64,000 nucleotides of DNA from Terriglobia bacterium (GTDB lineage Bacteria > Acidobacteriota > Terriglobia > JAJPHL01 > JAPKYU01): the NCBI GenBank assembly GCA_965223005.1, contig CBDCVK010000005.1, positions 32,001 to 96,000 on the forward strand. The letters are read 5' to 3'. This document shows positions 19,176 through 29,458 of this stretch, piece after piece. Positions within the stretch are counted from its first letter, which is position 1, and every line of letters begins with the position of its first letter. A model generated the notes under the pieces. It was not told the DNA's origin. It ran no database searches and was given only the letters and a program-made list of their open reading frames with translations. The position numbers and the translations under genes were made by a program.

Positions 19176-20648
19176 GTGAGGCTGGGCTATGTGGATTTGG
19201 CGGTGATCGTTGTCTATCTGCTTGGCATCACCGCCTTTGGCGCTCACTTCCGCAAGTCCCAGCACTCTCTGAAAGACTACTTTCTGGGTGGTCGCACTGT
19301 CCCCTGGTGGGCGATTGCGCTCTCCATCGTTTCGGCTGAAACCAGCATCCTGACCATCATCGGCACGCCGGGCATTGCCTACTACGGAAACCTGGGCTTC
19401 CTCCAGGTGGTGTTTGGCTACCTGCTGGCGCGGGTGGTCATCAGCACGCTGCTGCTGCCGCACTACTTTAAGGGTGAGCTGTTCACGGCTTACCAGCTGA
19501 TCGAGCGGCGCTTCGGCTCGCGGCTGAAGCGTGTCACCGCTGCGGCGTTCCTGGTAATCCGAAGCCTGGCCGAGGGAGTGCGCGTGTTTGCCATCGCCAT
19601 CCTGGTGGGCGTGGTGCTCGGCACGGGGGAGCTGGCCTCGGTGGTGCTTATCACTGCGCTAACGATTTTTTACACTTTCGAAGGTGGCCTGACCGCTGTG
19701 ATTTGGACCGAAGTCATCCAGATGTGCATCTACATCGCCGGCGCACTGCTCAGCTTTTGGATGCTGCTCCAGTTGGTGCCCGGCGGCTGGAGCGAGGTCG
19801 TGGCGCTAGCTAACGAGCATGGAGATAAGCTGTCGGTCTTTGATTTTACCTTCTCCGTTACCAAGACCTACACCTTCTGGGCAGGCATCCTGGGCGGAAT
19901 GTTTCTAACCACGGCCAGCCACGGCACCGATCAGTTAATGGTGCAGCGGCTGCTGGCCGCTCGCGACGAGCGGCAGAGCCGCCGGGCCTTGTTCGCCAGC
20001 TGGGTGGTCATCTTCTTCCAGTTCGCCCTGTTCCTGGTGATCGGGGTCATGTTGTTCGCCTACTACCAACATTTTCCGCCGGCGCAGCCGTTCCCGCGCC
20101 CCGACGCCATCTTCCCCATCTTCATCGCGGAACATTTCCCGCCGGTGCTAGCCGGCCTGGTGGTGGCCGCCATCCTGGCGGCCGCCATGGCCAACCTGAG
20201 CGCCGCGCTGAATGCGCTGGCCTCCACCTCGGTGGTGGACTTCTACCGGGCACACCTGGCACCCGGCCGCAGCGAGGCGCACTACCTGAGAGCCTCGCGG
20301 GCAGCCACGCTGCTGTGGGGCGTCATCCTGATTGGGATTGCCATGGCCGCCGCCCAGTGGCGCACCTCGGTATTCGAAATGGGACTGAGCATTGCGTCGG
20401 TTGCCTTCGGCTCTCTGCTGGGCACTTTCATGCTAGGTGTGCTGACGCGGCGCGCGAACGAGAACGGCTCCATCATAGGCATGGTCGCCGGGCTGGCGGT
20501 GATGATCTACGTGTGGCAGTGGACCCCAATCGCCTGGACCTGGTACGTGCTGATCGGAACCACCGTCACCTTTTCCGTGGGCTACCTTGCCAGCTTGCCT
20601 TGGACTCCCGCCCTGGTAAGCCCCTCAGCAGACACCGATGCTGCCTAA
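19176..20648 (+). CDS. Sodium:solute symporter (SSS) family transporter
   Basis: DYFLGGR, SIVSAETS, GGLTAVIWTE, GTDQLMVQRLL, AAAM.NLS..LNA. Confidence 0.92.
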   Translation: MRLGYVDLAVIVVYLLGITAFGAHFRKSQHSLKDYFLGGRTVPWWAIALSIVSAETSILTIIGTPGIAYYGNLGFLQVVFGYLLARVVISTLLLPHYFKGELFTAYQLIERRFGSRLKRVTAAAFLVIRSLAEGVRVFAIAILVGVVLGTGELASVVLITALTIFYTFEGGLTAVIWTEVIQMCIYIAGALLSFWMLLQLVPGGWSEVVALANEHGDKLSVFDFTFSVTKTYTFWAGILGGMFLTTASHGTDQLMVQRLLAARDERQSRRALFASWVVIFFQFALFLVIGVMLFAYYQHFPPAQPFPRPDAIFPIFIAEHFPPVLAGLVVAAILAAAMANLSAALNALASTSVVDFYRAHLAPGRSEAHYLRASRAATLLWGVILIGIAMAAAQWRTSVFEMGLSIASVAFGSLLGTFMLGVLTRRANENGSIIGMVAGLAVMIYVWQWTPIAWTWYVLIGTTVTFSVGYLASLPWTPALVSPSADTDAA

Positions 20649-22005
20649 GTCCAACAGCGAGCTAGTACGCGGCCTGGGCATCTGGGCTGCCGCTTCGTTG
20701 GTCGTAGGCAACATCGTTGGCAGCGGCATCTTCCTGGTTTCCAGCTCGATGATGCGCGGCGTAGGAACGCCGGAAGCGGTCTTCCTAGTGTGGATCTTTG
20801 GCGGCCTGCTCTCGCTCAGCGGGGCGCTGGCCTACGCTGAGCTGGGGGCGATGCTGCCGCACTCGGGCGGTGACTACGTCTACCTGCGGGAGGCCTACGG
20901 CCGGCTGTGGGGCTTCCTCTACGGCTGGACGAAGTTTTTGGTGATGACAACGGCGGCGATGGCGACGCTGGCGACAGCTTTCGCCTTGTACTTGACAATT
21001 CTCTTCCCTTCCCTTCATTTAAAAGTAGTTGCAATTGTAGTCATTGCCGTGCTCGGGGCCGTCAACTACTTCGGCGTCCGCACCGGTGGCGCTGTACAAA
21101 CCGTCTTTACCCTCCTGAAGGTGGCCTTGCTGCTGGCCCTGGTGCTGGCCGCGTTGGTCTTCGGGGCCGAGTGGGGAGACGCCCAATGGAGTCACCTGCG
21201 GACCTCGATACCCGTTCAGGCGCCGGTCGCCGGTTTCGTGCTGGCTCTGGTGGCCGCGCTGTGGGCCTACCAGGGGTGGAATGACCTGAACCTGGCCGGG
21301 GGCGAAGTGGCCGACCCACAAAAGAACATTCCCCGCTCGCTGCTGCTGGGAACTGTGGCCGTGGGACTGCTCTATCTTCTGACCAACCTAGCCTACTTCT
21401 ATGTCCTACCCGCGGCCGAGGTGGCCGCCTCGGAGCGGGTGGCCGGCGATGTGGCGCGGCGCTTGTTCGGCGGGTGGGGTGGTGACGCCGTTGCCTTGGC
21501 GGCCTTGATTTCCATCTTTGGCGCCCTCAACGGCTCGATCCTCTCGGGCGCGCGCGTGCCCTACGCTATGGCGCGCGATGGGTTGATGTTCGGCCAGTTG
21601 GCAGCCGTGCACCCGCGCTTCTACAGTCCTCACGTCGCCGTGGTCGTCCAAACCATTATAGGAGCGTTGATCAGCCTGACTGGAACCTTCCAACAGTTGT
21701 TCACCTACGCGATTTTTGCCAATTGGTGCTTCTACGGACTGGGTGTCGGCTCGCTCTTTGTACTGCGGCGCAAGCATCCGGAGTGGCCGCGGCCCTACCG
21801 CGCCTGGGGTTACCCGGTGCTCCCGGCGCTGTTTGTGGTTGTCAGCGCAGCCCTGGTGGTGATGATCCTGCGCGAGCAGGAGTGGTGGCGCTCGCTGGTG
21901 GGCCTGGGGATGATCGGCCTGGGCGTCCCCGCTTACTTCTTTTTCCGCAGCCGGGCCTTGGGGAGGAATGAAGCTAGAATTGCAGATGAATATGAAGCTC
22001 AGTGA
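20638..22005 (+). CDS. APC family amino acid permease
   Basis: VGNIVGSGIF, YAELG.MLP.SGGDY.YL, GEV.DPQKNIP, RPYRAWGYP. Confidence 0.93.
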   Translation: MLPKSNSELVRGLGIWAAASLVVGNIVGSGIFLVSSSMMRGVGTPEAVFLVWIFGGLLSLSGALAYAELGAMLPHSGGDYVYLREAYGRLWGFLYGWTKFLVMTTAAMATLATAFALYLTILFPSLHLKVVAIVVIAVLGAVNYFGVRTGGAVQTVFTLLKVALLLALVLAALVFGAEWGDAQWSHLRTSIPVQAPVAGFVLALVAALWAYQGWNDLNLAGGEVADPQKNIPRSLLLGTVAVGLLYLLTNLAYFYVLPAAEVAASERVAGDVARRLFGGWGGDAVALAALISIFGALNGSILSGARVPYAMARDGLMFGQLAAVHPRFYSPHVAVVVQTIIGALISLTGTFQQLFTYAIFANWCFYGLGVGSLFVLRRKHPEWPRPYRAWGYPVLPALFVVVSAALVVMILREQEWWRSLVGLGMIGLGVPAYFFFRSRALGRNEARIADEYEAQ

Positions 22006-23098
22006 AGCTATCGGCGTTGCCCGCCTGGCCGGCCGAGCGGTGCTGGCGGCCGTGGTGGCCTGTCTGGCGCTCAACCCGGCCACCGGGCAATGTGGGGACA
22101 GGGCTGCTGGACTGTCCCGAAGTGCGGTGCGCGGAGCGGCAGTGGACGGAAGGAAGGCGCTCCCCAGCCCAGGCGCCGGCAAAGAAGTTGTCTTGTTTGC
22201 GCTGAACGAGGAAGTCGGGCTGGCATCGCTTCGGCTGTACGGCGACCGTGCGACCTCGGTTTCCCCGCAGTGGTTCGCCGCTCATGCCAACGGCAGCCTT
22301 TCCGGCGAACCCTGGACGCCGCTGCTGGACCATTGCCGTCAGTCGCGGATTCCTCTGACGCCTCTGGTCATAAACCGCGACTTCTCGCCGGAAGTGGCGG
22401 CCCAGCTGCTGCGCTCACGCCAGGCGCGAGCGCGGCTGGTCCGCGAACTGCTGGAGCGGGCGCGCCGCTATCACTTCCAAGGATACGTGATAGACTTTGA
22501 GAGTCTGCGGGCCGACGCAGCTCAGCGGCAGCAGTTTTCCGAGTTCCTTGCTGAGATGCGCGCAGCTCATTCCCGAGCTGGGCTATCCCTGGGAGTAGCG
22601 TTGCCAGTTCCTTCGCCACGTCACCGGAAGACCTTTGACTACCGCGCGGCCGGACGCTTGGCTGATCGCGTCGTGCTGATGGCTTATGACCAGCATAGCC
22701 GCCTTGGCGCTCCGGGACCGATCGCCGGCTACCACTGGGTGGAGGAGGCGGTACGTGAAACCGTGGCTCTGGTTCCGCAGCGCAAGTTACTCTTGGGACT
22801 CGCCTTCTATCACCGCAAGTGGGGCGAGGCTGAAGGCAGCTCCGGAAGCTACTATGAAGCGCTAGCTCTGCAACGGGAGCATGGAGCCGACTGGCGCTGG
22901 GACCCGACGCACCGCGCGCACTGGTTCGGCTTCATGTGCCAGGGCCAGCGACACACGGTCTGGCTAGAAGACGGTTGGAGCATCGCTGAAAAGTTAGCTC
23001 TGGCCTGGCGCAATCAACTGGCCGGCGTGGCCGGCTGGCGTTTGGGGCAGGAAGACCCGGCCATCCGGGTCTTGTTGCGCCAGTTCCAAAGCAATTGA
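21968..23098 (+). CDS. GH18 family glycoside hydrolase (YaaH/SleL-like); start uncertain
   Basis: FQGYVIDFE, LMAYDQH, PGPIA, KLLLGL.FY, VWLED, GWRLGQE. Confidence 0.85.
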   Translation: MKLELQMNMKLSEAIGVARLAGRAVLAAVVACLALNPATGQCGDRAAGLSRSAVRGAAVDGRKALPSPGAGKEVVLFALNEEVGLASLRLYGDRATSVSPQWFAAHANGSLSGEPWTPLLDHCRQSRIPLTPLVINRDFSPEVAAQLLRSRQARARLVRELLERARRYHFQGYVIDFESLRADAAQRQQFSEFLAEMRAAHSRAGLSLGVALPVPSPRHRKTFDYRAAGRLADRVVLMAYDQHSRLGAPGPIAGYHWVEEAVRETVALVPQRKLLLGLAFYHRKWGEAEGSSGSYYEALALQREHGADWRWDPTHRAHWFGFMCQGQRHTVWLEDGWSIAEKLALAWRNQLAGVAGWRLGQEDPAIRVLLRQFQSN

Positions 23099-23598
23099 TG
23101 AAGCTCGTGCGTACCGGTTGGCTGGCCCTCATCTTGGTCATGTTGGCAGGCGTGGTGGCCGCTTTTTTGTGGGGCCGTCGCCCAGCCGCGCCCGAGCAGC
23201 CGGTCACCTTTGACCACAGCCTGCATCTCGAGCAAAACCTGAAGTGCACAGATTGCCATCGGCTCGTCGAACATTCCGAGAAGGCAGGCCTACCCACAGC
23301 CAACCTGTGTATGACCTGTCACCAGGTGATCAAGAGCGACAGCCCCGAGGTACAAAAGATTGCGCAATTCCAGCAGACGCGGCAGTTTATTCCCTGGGTG
23401 CGCCTCTACGAAGTGCCTGAGTTCGTTTATTTCAACCACTCGCGTCATGTGAAGGCAGAGATCGAATGCGCTGAGTGCCACGGCAACACCGGCACTACAG
23501 TGGTCTCAGCCCCCGAAAAAGAATTCACTATGGCCACCTGCATGGATTGCCACCGGGTTCGAGGGGCGTCCAATGACTGCCTGACGTGCCACAAGTAG
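23098..23598 (+). CDS. Membrane-anchored pentaheme cytochrome c (ActA/QrcA-like)
   Basis: N-terminal TM; five CxxCH (CTDCH, CMTCH, CAECH, CMDCH, CLTCH); QPVTFDH, WVRLY.VPEFVYFNH. Confidence 0.92.
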   Translation: MKLVRTGWLALILVMLAGVVAAFLWGRRPAAPEQPVTFDHSLHLEQNLKCTDCHRLVEHSEKAGLPTANLCMTCHQVIKSDSPEVQKIAQFQQTRQFIPWVRLYEVPEFVYFNHSRHVKAEIECAECHGNTGTTVVSAPEKEFTMATCMDCHRVRGASNDCLTCHK

Positions 23599-23661
23599 CT
23601 CCGCGGATCAAAGTCGTGAGTGACTCCGAACCTTCGACCTCGGACTTTAGGATTTCGACTC

Positions 23662-25698
23662 ATGGATAGACGCGACTTCATCAAGATTTCCAGTGTGCTG
23701 ACCGCCGGCAGCACGATGCTGACCAGTTGCGGCAAGGGCATGCGTCAGACCATGCCTGTGCTGGTCCCAGAGGACCAACTGGTTCTGGGTGAAGAGAAGT
23801 GGGTGAAAAGCGTATGCGGCGGCTGCGGTGCCGCCTGCGGGATGGAAGTCCGCCTGGTAGACGGGCGCGCCGTGAAGCTGGAAGGGTTAGCCGATCACCC
23901 CATCAACGCCGGCCGTTTGTGCGCGCGCGGGCAGGCTGAACTCCAGGCGCTATATAACCCTGACCGCATCCAGGCTCCCCGCCGCGGCGGGCAGGAAGCG
24001 GCGTGGGAAGAGGCGCTGGAGGCCGTCGCCGAAACGTTGCGTGAGGCCCTCGCGGAACCCCAGCGCATTGTGCTGGTGACGCGCCGGCTGAACGGGCTGC
24101 GCGGCCAACTGCTAGGAGAGTTTCTCAGGGCGCTGGGCGGGGCCAGCCATCTCATCGCCGAACCGCTGGATGACGCCGCGATCCTGGAAGCAAACCGCCT
24201 CACTTGCGGCCACGCTTCGCATGCCGCCCCGGATTTCGGCAACGCCAACTATGTGCTGTCGTTCAGCGCCCCGTTGGTCGAGGCCGGACCTTCGCCGGTT
24301 CGCACGCAGCGTCTGCTGGCTCACATGCGGCAGGGACGGGCGGGCCGTCGCGGCAAGTTGGTTCAGGCGGATGCACGTTTTTCGCTGACAGCCGCCTACG
24401 CTGACGAATGGTTGCCCTTGAAGCCGGGAACCGAAGGAGCGCTGGCGCTGGCCATCGCCCACGTGCTGCTGCGCGACTCGCTACTGGACCAGCAGTTTCT
24501 GTCCCGCAACGCGCAGGGCCTGGACCGTTTCCGGCAGATCGTGGCGGCCTACCCGCCGGAGGCAGTGGCGGCTACTACTGGCCTGGACGCCAAACGTATT
24601 GAGCGCGTGGCGCGCGAATTCGCCGCGCACCGGCCGGCGGTGGCGGTCGCGGGCGGCAGTGCCGCGGGCCACTCCAATTCCCTCCCCGCACTGGTGGCCA
24701 TTAATGCCCTCAACGCGCTGGTAGGCAGCTACGGAGTGCCCGGCGGGCTCTGGTTTGCCCCAGGAAAGCCGGTACCGCCAGCGCGAAGTCTCTCCAGTAG
24801 CCTCGGGCAGGCGCTGCTCAGCTCGGCGCGCGTGGTCCTGGTCTACGGCGCGAATCCGGTCTACGAATTCCCCACTCTTCCCTGGGACAAGGTTCCCTTT
24901 CTCATCAGCCTGTCCGCATTCCCCGACGAAACTGCCGAGCGGGCACACGTGGTTTTGCCTGACCACACCGCGCTGGAGCGCTGGGACTCGCGCTCGGCGG
25001 GCGGCGGCCCGATCGGTGCGGTCCGATCGGTGGCGCGGCCGGCGCTGACACCGCTTTACCAGACACAAGACGCCGCCGACTCTCTGCTGGCCCTGGCGGC
25101 GCGGGTGGCTAAACCGCTTCCTTACGAGAACTGGGAAAGCGCCATCGCCGCGTCGTTCACCTCCGAAGACGAACTCTCGGACGCTCTGGAGCGTGGCGGC
25201 GCATGGACCGAGGAGCCGGTGCCTTTCGCCTTTGCCACTTCGTCGAAAAAGTACCAGTTTGTACCCAGCCTGGAATCGGGTGAGTTGGGCCCCGCCTTTG
25301 AGCCCCCGCACTGGACGGGCGAAGCGAGCGGGCTGGCGCTGCTAGTCTACGCCGGAGTGAATCTGGGAACGGGCGAAGGGGCCAACCTGCCATGGCTCCA
25401 GGAATTGCCCGACCCTTTAGCGCAAGCAGTGTGGACCACGGCCGCAGAACTGAATCCCAACACGGCTGTACAGCTCGGCGTTGCCCATGGCGAGAGGATC
25501 TGGCTGGAGTCGCCGCAGGGAAAAATCGAGGTGCGTGCGGCGATCTCGCCTGCCGTTCCGCCCGATTCGGTGGTCGTCGCCACCGGCCAGGGGCACACTG
25601 CCTACGGACGTTATGCGCGCCACCGCGGCGCCAACGTGTGCGCGTTGCTGGATCCGGCGGCGTGGGCTGCAACTCGTGTGAAAGTCAGCAAAGTTTAG
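23662..25698 (+). CDS. Molybdopterin-oxidoreductase-like subunit (QrcB/ActB1-like), Tat lipoprotein
   Basis: MDRRDFIK...LTSC; CGGCGAACG...LCARG FS0 motif; PWLQELPDP; C-terminal molydop-binding-like domain. Confidence 0.85.
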   Translation: MDRRDFIKISSVLTAGSTMLTSCGKGMRQTMPVLVPEDQLVLGEEKWVKSVCGGCGAACGMEVRLVDGRAVKLEGLADHPINAGRLCARGQAELQALYNPDRIQAPRRGGQEAAWEEALEAVAETLREALAEPQRIVLVTRRLNGLRGQLLGEFLRALGGASHLIAEPLDDAAILEANRLTCGHASHAAPDFGNANYVLSFSAPLVEAGPSPVRTQRLLAHMRQGRAGRRGKLVQADARFSLTAAYADEWLPLKPGTEGALALAIAHVLLRDSLLDQQFLSRNAQGLDRFRQIVAAYPPEAVAATTGLDAKRIERVAREFAAHRPAVAVAGGSAAGHSNSLPALVAINALNALVGSYGVPGGLWFAPGKPVPPARSLSSSLGQALLSSARVVLVYGANPVYEFPTLPWDKVPFLISLSAFPDETAERAHVVLPDHTALERWDSRSAGGGPIGAVRSVARPALTPLYQTQDAADSLLALAARVAKPLPYENWESAIAASFTSEDELSDALERGGAWTEEPVPFAFATSSKKYQFVPSLESGELGPAFEPPHWTGEASGLALLVYAGVNLGTGEGANLPWLQELPDPLAQAVWTTAAELNPNTAVQLGVAHGERIWLESPQGKIEVRAAISPAVPPDSVVVATGQGHTAYGRYARHRGANVCALLDPAAWAATRVKVSKV

Positions 25699-25707
25699 GG
25701 GGTATAG

Positions 25708-26415
25708 ATGCGCTGGGGAATGGTCATTGATCTGGATCGCTGCACCGGCTGCGAGGCCTGCGTGGTGGCTTGCCGAGCCGAAAACAACGTGCCGGTTGTG
25801 GGCGAGGAAGAATGCGAAAAGGGGCGGATGCTGTCCTGGATTCGCATCGAGCGCTACTACGAGGGGGAGTTCCCCGACGTCCGGGCCCGCTTCATGCCGG
25901 TGCTGTGCCAGCACTGTGGCCAGGCGCCTTGCGAGCCGGTTTGCCCGGTCTACGCCACCTATCACAACGAGCAGGGTCTGAACGTGCAGGTGTACAACCG
26001 CTGTATCGGAACGCGCTTTTGCGCCAACGCCTGCCCCTACACGGTGCGCTACTTCAACTGGTTCGACTACTCGACGGATCCGCCGCTCGACCTGCAGCAC
26101 AACCCGGACGTCTCCCGGCGGAGCCGCGGCATGATGGAGAAGTGCACCTTTTGCTCCCATCGTATCCAGCGCGCTCAAATGAACGCCAAGAACGAGGAGC
26201 GCCCGTTGCGCGACGGCGAGGTAACGCCGGCCTGCGTGCAGGCCTGTCCGGCCGAAGCGATGTACTTCGGCGACCTGGACGATTCCGAAAGCCGTGTCTC
26301 GCAGACGGCCCACTCAGGCCGCAACTTCAAGCTGATGGAGGATTTGGGGACCGAGCCGGCGGTCATTTACCTGAAACGTGATGACTGGAAGGGCACGCCT
26401 GATGCAGCAGAGTAA
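25708..26415 (+). CDS. 4Fe-4S dicluster electron-transfer subunit (QrcC/ActB2-like)
   Basis: CTGCEACVVAC, CQHC..APCEPVCP, CIGTRFCANACPY, RGMMEKCTFC. Confidence 0.93.
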   Translation: MRWGMVIDLDRCTGCEACVVACRAENNVPVVGEEECEKGRMLSWIRIERYYEGEFPDVRARFMPVLCQHCGQAPCEPVCPVYATYHNEQGLNVQVYNRCIGTRFCANACPYTVRYFNWFDYSTDPPLDLQHNPDVSRRSRGMMEKCTFCSHRIQRAQMNAKNEERPLRDGEVTPACVQACPAEAMYFGDLDDSESRVSQTAHSGRNFKLMEDLGTEPAVIYLKRDDWKGTPDAAE

Positions 26416-27838
26416 CTCCAGTCCCGGCGCAGAAACGCTCGGCACCGTCAATGAAAGCCGGCGGATCAACGCTGACCTGCTGCGTCCGCTTCTCGAAACC
26501 ACGCCCCGGTTCTGGATCGCCATCGGCCTGCTGAGCCTGGTGATGGCCTGGGCTCTGGTGGCTTTCTCCTACCAGGTGACGACCGGCATGGGGGTTGCGG
26601 GCATCAACCAGCGGGTGATGTGGGGCGTCTACATCGTCAACTTTGTCTTCTGGATCGGCATCAGCCACGCCGGCACGTTGATCTCCGCTATCCTTCGGGT
26701 GACCAACGCAGGTTGGCGCCACCCCATTACCCGTGCTGCCGAAGCAATCACCGTATTCGCGTTGATGATCGGCCCCATGTTCATCCTGATCCACCTGGGC
26801 CGCGTCTGGTTGTTCTACTGGGTGATTCCCTACCCCAGCCTGCGCGACCTGTGGCCGAACTTCCGCTCGCCGCTGCTGTGGGATTTCTCCTGCATCAACG
26901 CGTACCTGTTGGGCAGCCTGACTTACCTCTACCTGCCGATGATCCCGGACTTGGCGCTCGCGCGCGATGCACTGCCCAGCGGCGGCTGGCGCCAGCGGCT
27001 CTACCGGCTGCTGGCGCTGGGCTGGGTGGGCAGCAGCCGCCAGTGGGCGCTGCTGGAGAAGACCATCGCGGTGATGGCCATCATCATCATGCCCCTGGCG
27101 GTTTCGGTGCACACGGTGGTGTCGTGGGTCTTTGGCATGACGGTGAACCCCATGTGGCACAGCACCATCTTTGGACCCTACTTCGTGGTGGGCGCCATCT
27201 TCTCGGGCATCGCCGCCGTGATCGTCGCGCTCTATGTGATCCGGCGCTCCCTGAAGCTGGAGAGGTACCTGGAGGACGCGCATTTCAACAACCTGGGATT
27301 GCTGCTGCTGGCCTTCTGCCTGCTGTGGAGCTATTTCACTTTTGCCGAGTACCTCACCGTCTACTACGGTCACGGCGAGCACGAGATGCCGGTGTTCTTG
27401 TACAAGATTTCCGGCGGGATGGCTCCCTACTTCTGGACCATGGTGGCCTGCTGCCTGCTGATTCCGCTGCCCATTCTGGCCTTCCGGCGAACGCGCACGC
27501 CGCTGGGGACCACGGTGGCTTCCCTGTTCGTGGTGGTGGGGATGTGGTTGGAGCGCTTCACCATCGTGGCCGGCACGCTGTCCCACCCGCGCCTCAGCTT
27601 CATGTGGCACGAATACCGGCCAAGCTGGGTTGAGCTGTCCATCATGGCCGGTTCCTTCGCCTACTTCATTCTCCTTTACGTGGTGTTCTCCAAGCTGTTT
27701 CCCATCGTCGCCATATGGGAGTACAAGGAAGGCCGGCGGTTGCTGGGGCAGCGGTCGGAAACTGCGCCCCACAGAGAGCTGGCGCCCTCACCCTCCTCAG
27801 TGACCGCCTCGCCCGCTGGCTTGGAGGCAGGAACATGA
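26402..27838 (+). CDS. NrfD/PsrC family quinol-binding membrane subunit (ActC-like)
   Basis: NFVFWIGISHAGTLISAIL, HLGR.W.FYW, NFRSPLLWD, SVHTVVSW, WHSTIFGPYFVVGAIFSG, GMWLERF. Confidence 0.93.
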   Translation: MQQSNSSPGAETLGTVNESRRINADLLRPLLETTPRFWIAIGLLSLVMAWALVAFSYQVTTGMGVAGINQRVMWGVYIVNFVFWIGISHAGTLISAILRVTNAGWRHPITRAAEAITVFALMIGPMFILIHLGRVWLFYWVIPYPSLRDLWPNFRSPLLWDFSCINAYLLGSLTYLYLPMIPDLALARDALPSGGWRQRLYRLLALGWVGSSRQWALLEKTIAVMAIIIMPLAVSVHTVVSWVFGMTVNPMWHSTIFGPYFVVGAIFSGIAAVIVALYVIRRSLKLERYLEDAHFNNLGLLLLAFCLLWSYFTFAEYLTVYYGHGEHEMPVFLYKISGGMAPYFWTMVACCLLIPLPILAFRRTRTPLGTTVASLFVVVGMWLERFTIVAGTLSHPRLSFMWHEYRPSWVELSIMAGSFAYFILLYVVFSKLFPIVAIWEYKEGRRLLGQRSETAPHRELAPSPSSVTASPAGLEAGT

Positions 27839-28338
27839 GCAACGAGGCGCAAGTGTGGGCGGTGTTCCATGACGAGCGCGCGGCGCTGTCTGTGGCGGCG
27901 CGCTGGCCCGATGCGGAACTGTTTTCCTCCGCCCCGCTGGAAATTCCTCATGGGACTCCAGACAAGGTGAAAGCGCGCCTGGGGCTTGCCACAATAGCGG
28001 GCGGCACCTTGGGCGGTCTCTTGGGAGGCTTGCTGGCTGCAGCCACCGGCATCTGGATGGGCCTGGACGTCGGTGGCCTACCCCGGCTTCCTGCGCCCCC
28101 GATCGGTATTGTCACTTTCGCCGGTGCTGCCCTGGGAGCCATCGGGGCCGCGCTAATCGTGCTGCTGGTCCGCGGGCGCATCCTTAGCCTGAAGCTGGAG
28201 GTGCCGGAACCTACGCGGCGCCAAGTGGCCGACGGTGCCATCGCGGTGATGCTGCGAGCGCGGCCAGAGGAGCGCGCTGCCCTCCTCAGGGAGCTGGCGA
28301 CAACGGGCGCGGAAGTGCAGGTGCTCGAGGTAGAATAG
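27835..28338 (+). CDS. Divergent ActD-like (DUF3341) two-TM subunit
   Basis: VWAVF..E, FSSAP, Gly-rich TM, LDVGGLP, PPIGIVTF; position right after ActC. Confidence 0.65.
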   Translation: MSNEAQVWAVFHDERAALSVAARWPDAELFSSAPLEIPHGTPDKVKARLGLATIAGGTLGGLLGGLLAAATGIWMGLDVGGLPRLPAPPIGIVTFAGAALGAIGAALIVLLVRGRILSLKLEVPEPTRRQVADGAIAVMLRARPEERAALLRELATTGAEVQVLEVE

Positions 28339-28344
28339 AACAGC

Positions 28345-29298
28345 ATGACCGGTGCCGGGACACTAGGACAGGCACACGAACACCCACACCCTGACTGGCG
28401 GTCGCAGAACCGGCGTCGCCTGCTCACAGCTTTACTCATCACCTTTGGCGTCTTTGTCGCCGAAGTCATCGGCGGCTTCCTCTCGAACAGCCTCGCCCTG
28501 CTGGCCGACTCCGGGCACGTACTGACGGACCTGGCCGCTATGGGGTTGAGCCTGATCGCCATGCGGCTGGCCGAGCGTCCGCCCACGCCCCAAAAAACAT
28601 ACGGCTATCGCCACGCGGAAACCCTGGCCGCCTTCGTCAACGCCCTGCTGGTGATGCTGCTGGCTCTGGTGATCGTTTGGAAGGCGTTCGGCCGCCTCAA
28701 CGCGCCCGAGCAGGTCCACGGCGGACTGATGCTGACGGTGACGCTGGCCGGGTTGGCGGGCAACGCGGTCGCCGCCATGCTGCTGTTCCGAGGCCAGAAG
28801 ACCAGCATCAATCTGCGCGGCGCTTTCCTGCACGTCATCGGGGATCTGCTGGGGTCGGTGGCCGCACTGGTGGCCGCCGCTGGTATCTTCCTGTTTGGCA
28901 CCATGATCCTGGACCCGCTGGCCAGTATGGTGGTCGCCGCCTTGATCCTTACCAGCTCCTGGACCCTGCTGCGCCGCAGCGGCTCGCTGCTGATGCTGTC
29001 AGTGCCGCCGCACATCGCCTTTGACCAGGTGGAAACGGCGCTGCGGGGAATTCCCCGCGTGAACCGAATTCACGATCTGCACGTCTGGTCAGTCGGCGAA
29101 GGCGCGGTGGCGCTGAGCTGCCACCTAGTGGCCGACGATGCCGCCAGCCGCTCCGACCTGCTGGCGAGCGCGCAGCAGGTGTTGCGGGAGCGGTTTGCCA
29201 TCGCCCACTCGGTCATCCAGATCGAATCGGGCCGCTTGAACTGCCCGGCCGAAGAATCCTGCTTTGTGTCGCAGGAAGACCCAAGGGCGCTGACCTGA
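28345..29298 (+). CDS. Cation diffusion facilitator (CzcD/ZitB-like)
   Basis: SLALLADSGH..TD, TYGY, NLRGAFLHV.GD, HDLHVW, H.VIQIE. Confidence 0.93.
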   Translation: MTGAGTLGQAHEHPHPDWRSQNRRRLLTALLITFGVFVAEVIGGFLSNSLALLADSGHVLTDLAAMGLSLIAMRLAERPPTPQKTYGYRHAETLAAFVNALLVMLLALVIVWKAFGRLNAPEQVHGGLMLTVTLAGLAGNAVAAMLLFRGQKTSINLRGAFLHVIGDLLGSVAALVAAAGIFLFGTMILDPLASMVVAALILTSSWTLLRRSGSLLMLSVPPHIAFDQVETALRGIPRVNRIHDLHVWSVGEGAVALSCHLVADDAASRSDLLASAQQVLRERFAIAHSVIQIESGRLNCPAEESCFVSQEDPRALT

Positions 29299-29458
29299 GG
29301 CTGCTCTTGTGATATAAAAGGAGGGGAGACGGCAGTATGACCGAATCGTGGGAACCCCACCCGGCTCCTGGCCGTCTTCACATTTGACAATCTCACGAAA
29401 AGACCTTACTTTGCCCTGTGCCCGAGGCGGTCTTACTGTGGTTGGAGGATCAAAGACG

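Noticed and set aside
26363-27772. Long antisense or alternate-frame ORFs (also 1402-2211, 47173-48042, 58481-59434, 62338-63099)
   Set aside because: Shadows of well-supported genes in GC-rich DNA; no motifs
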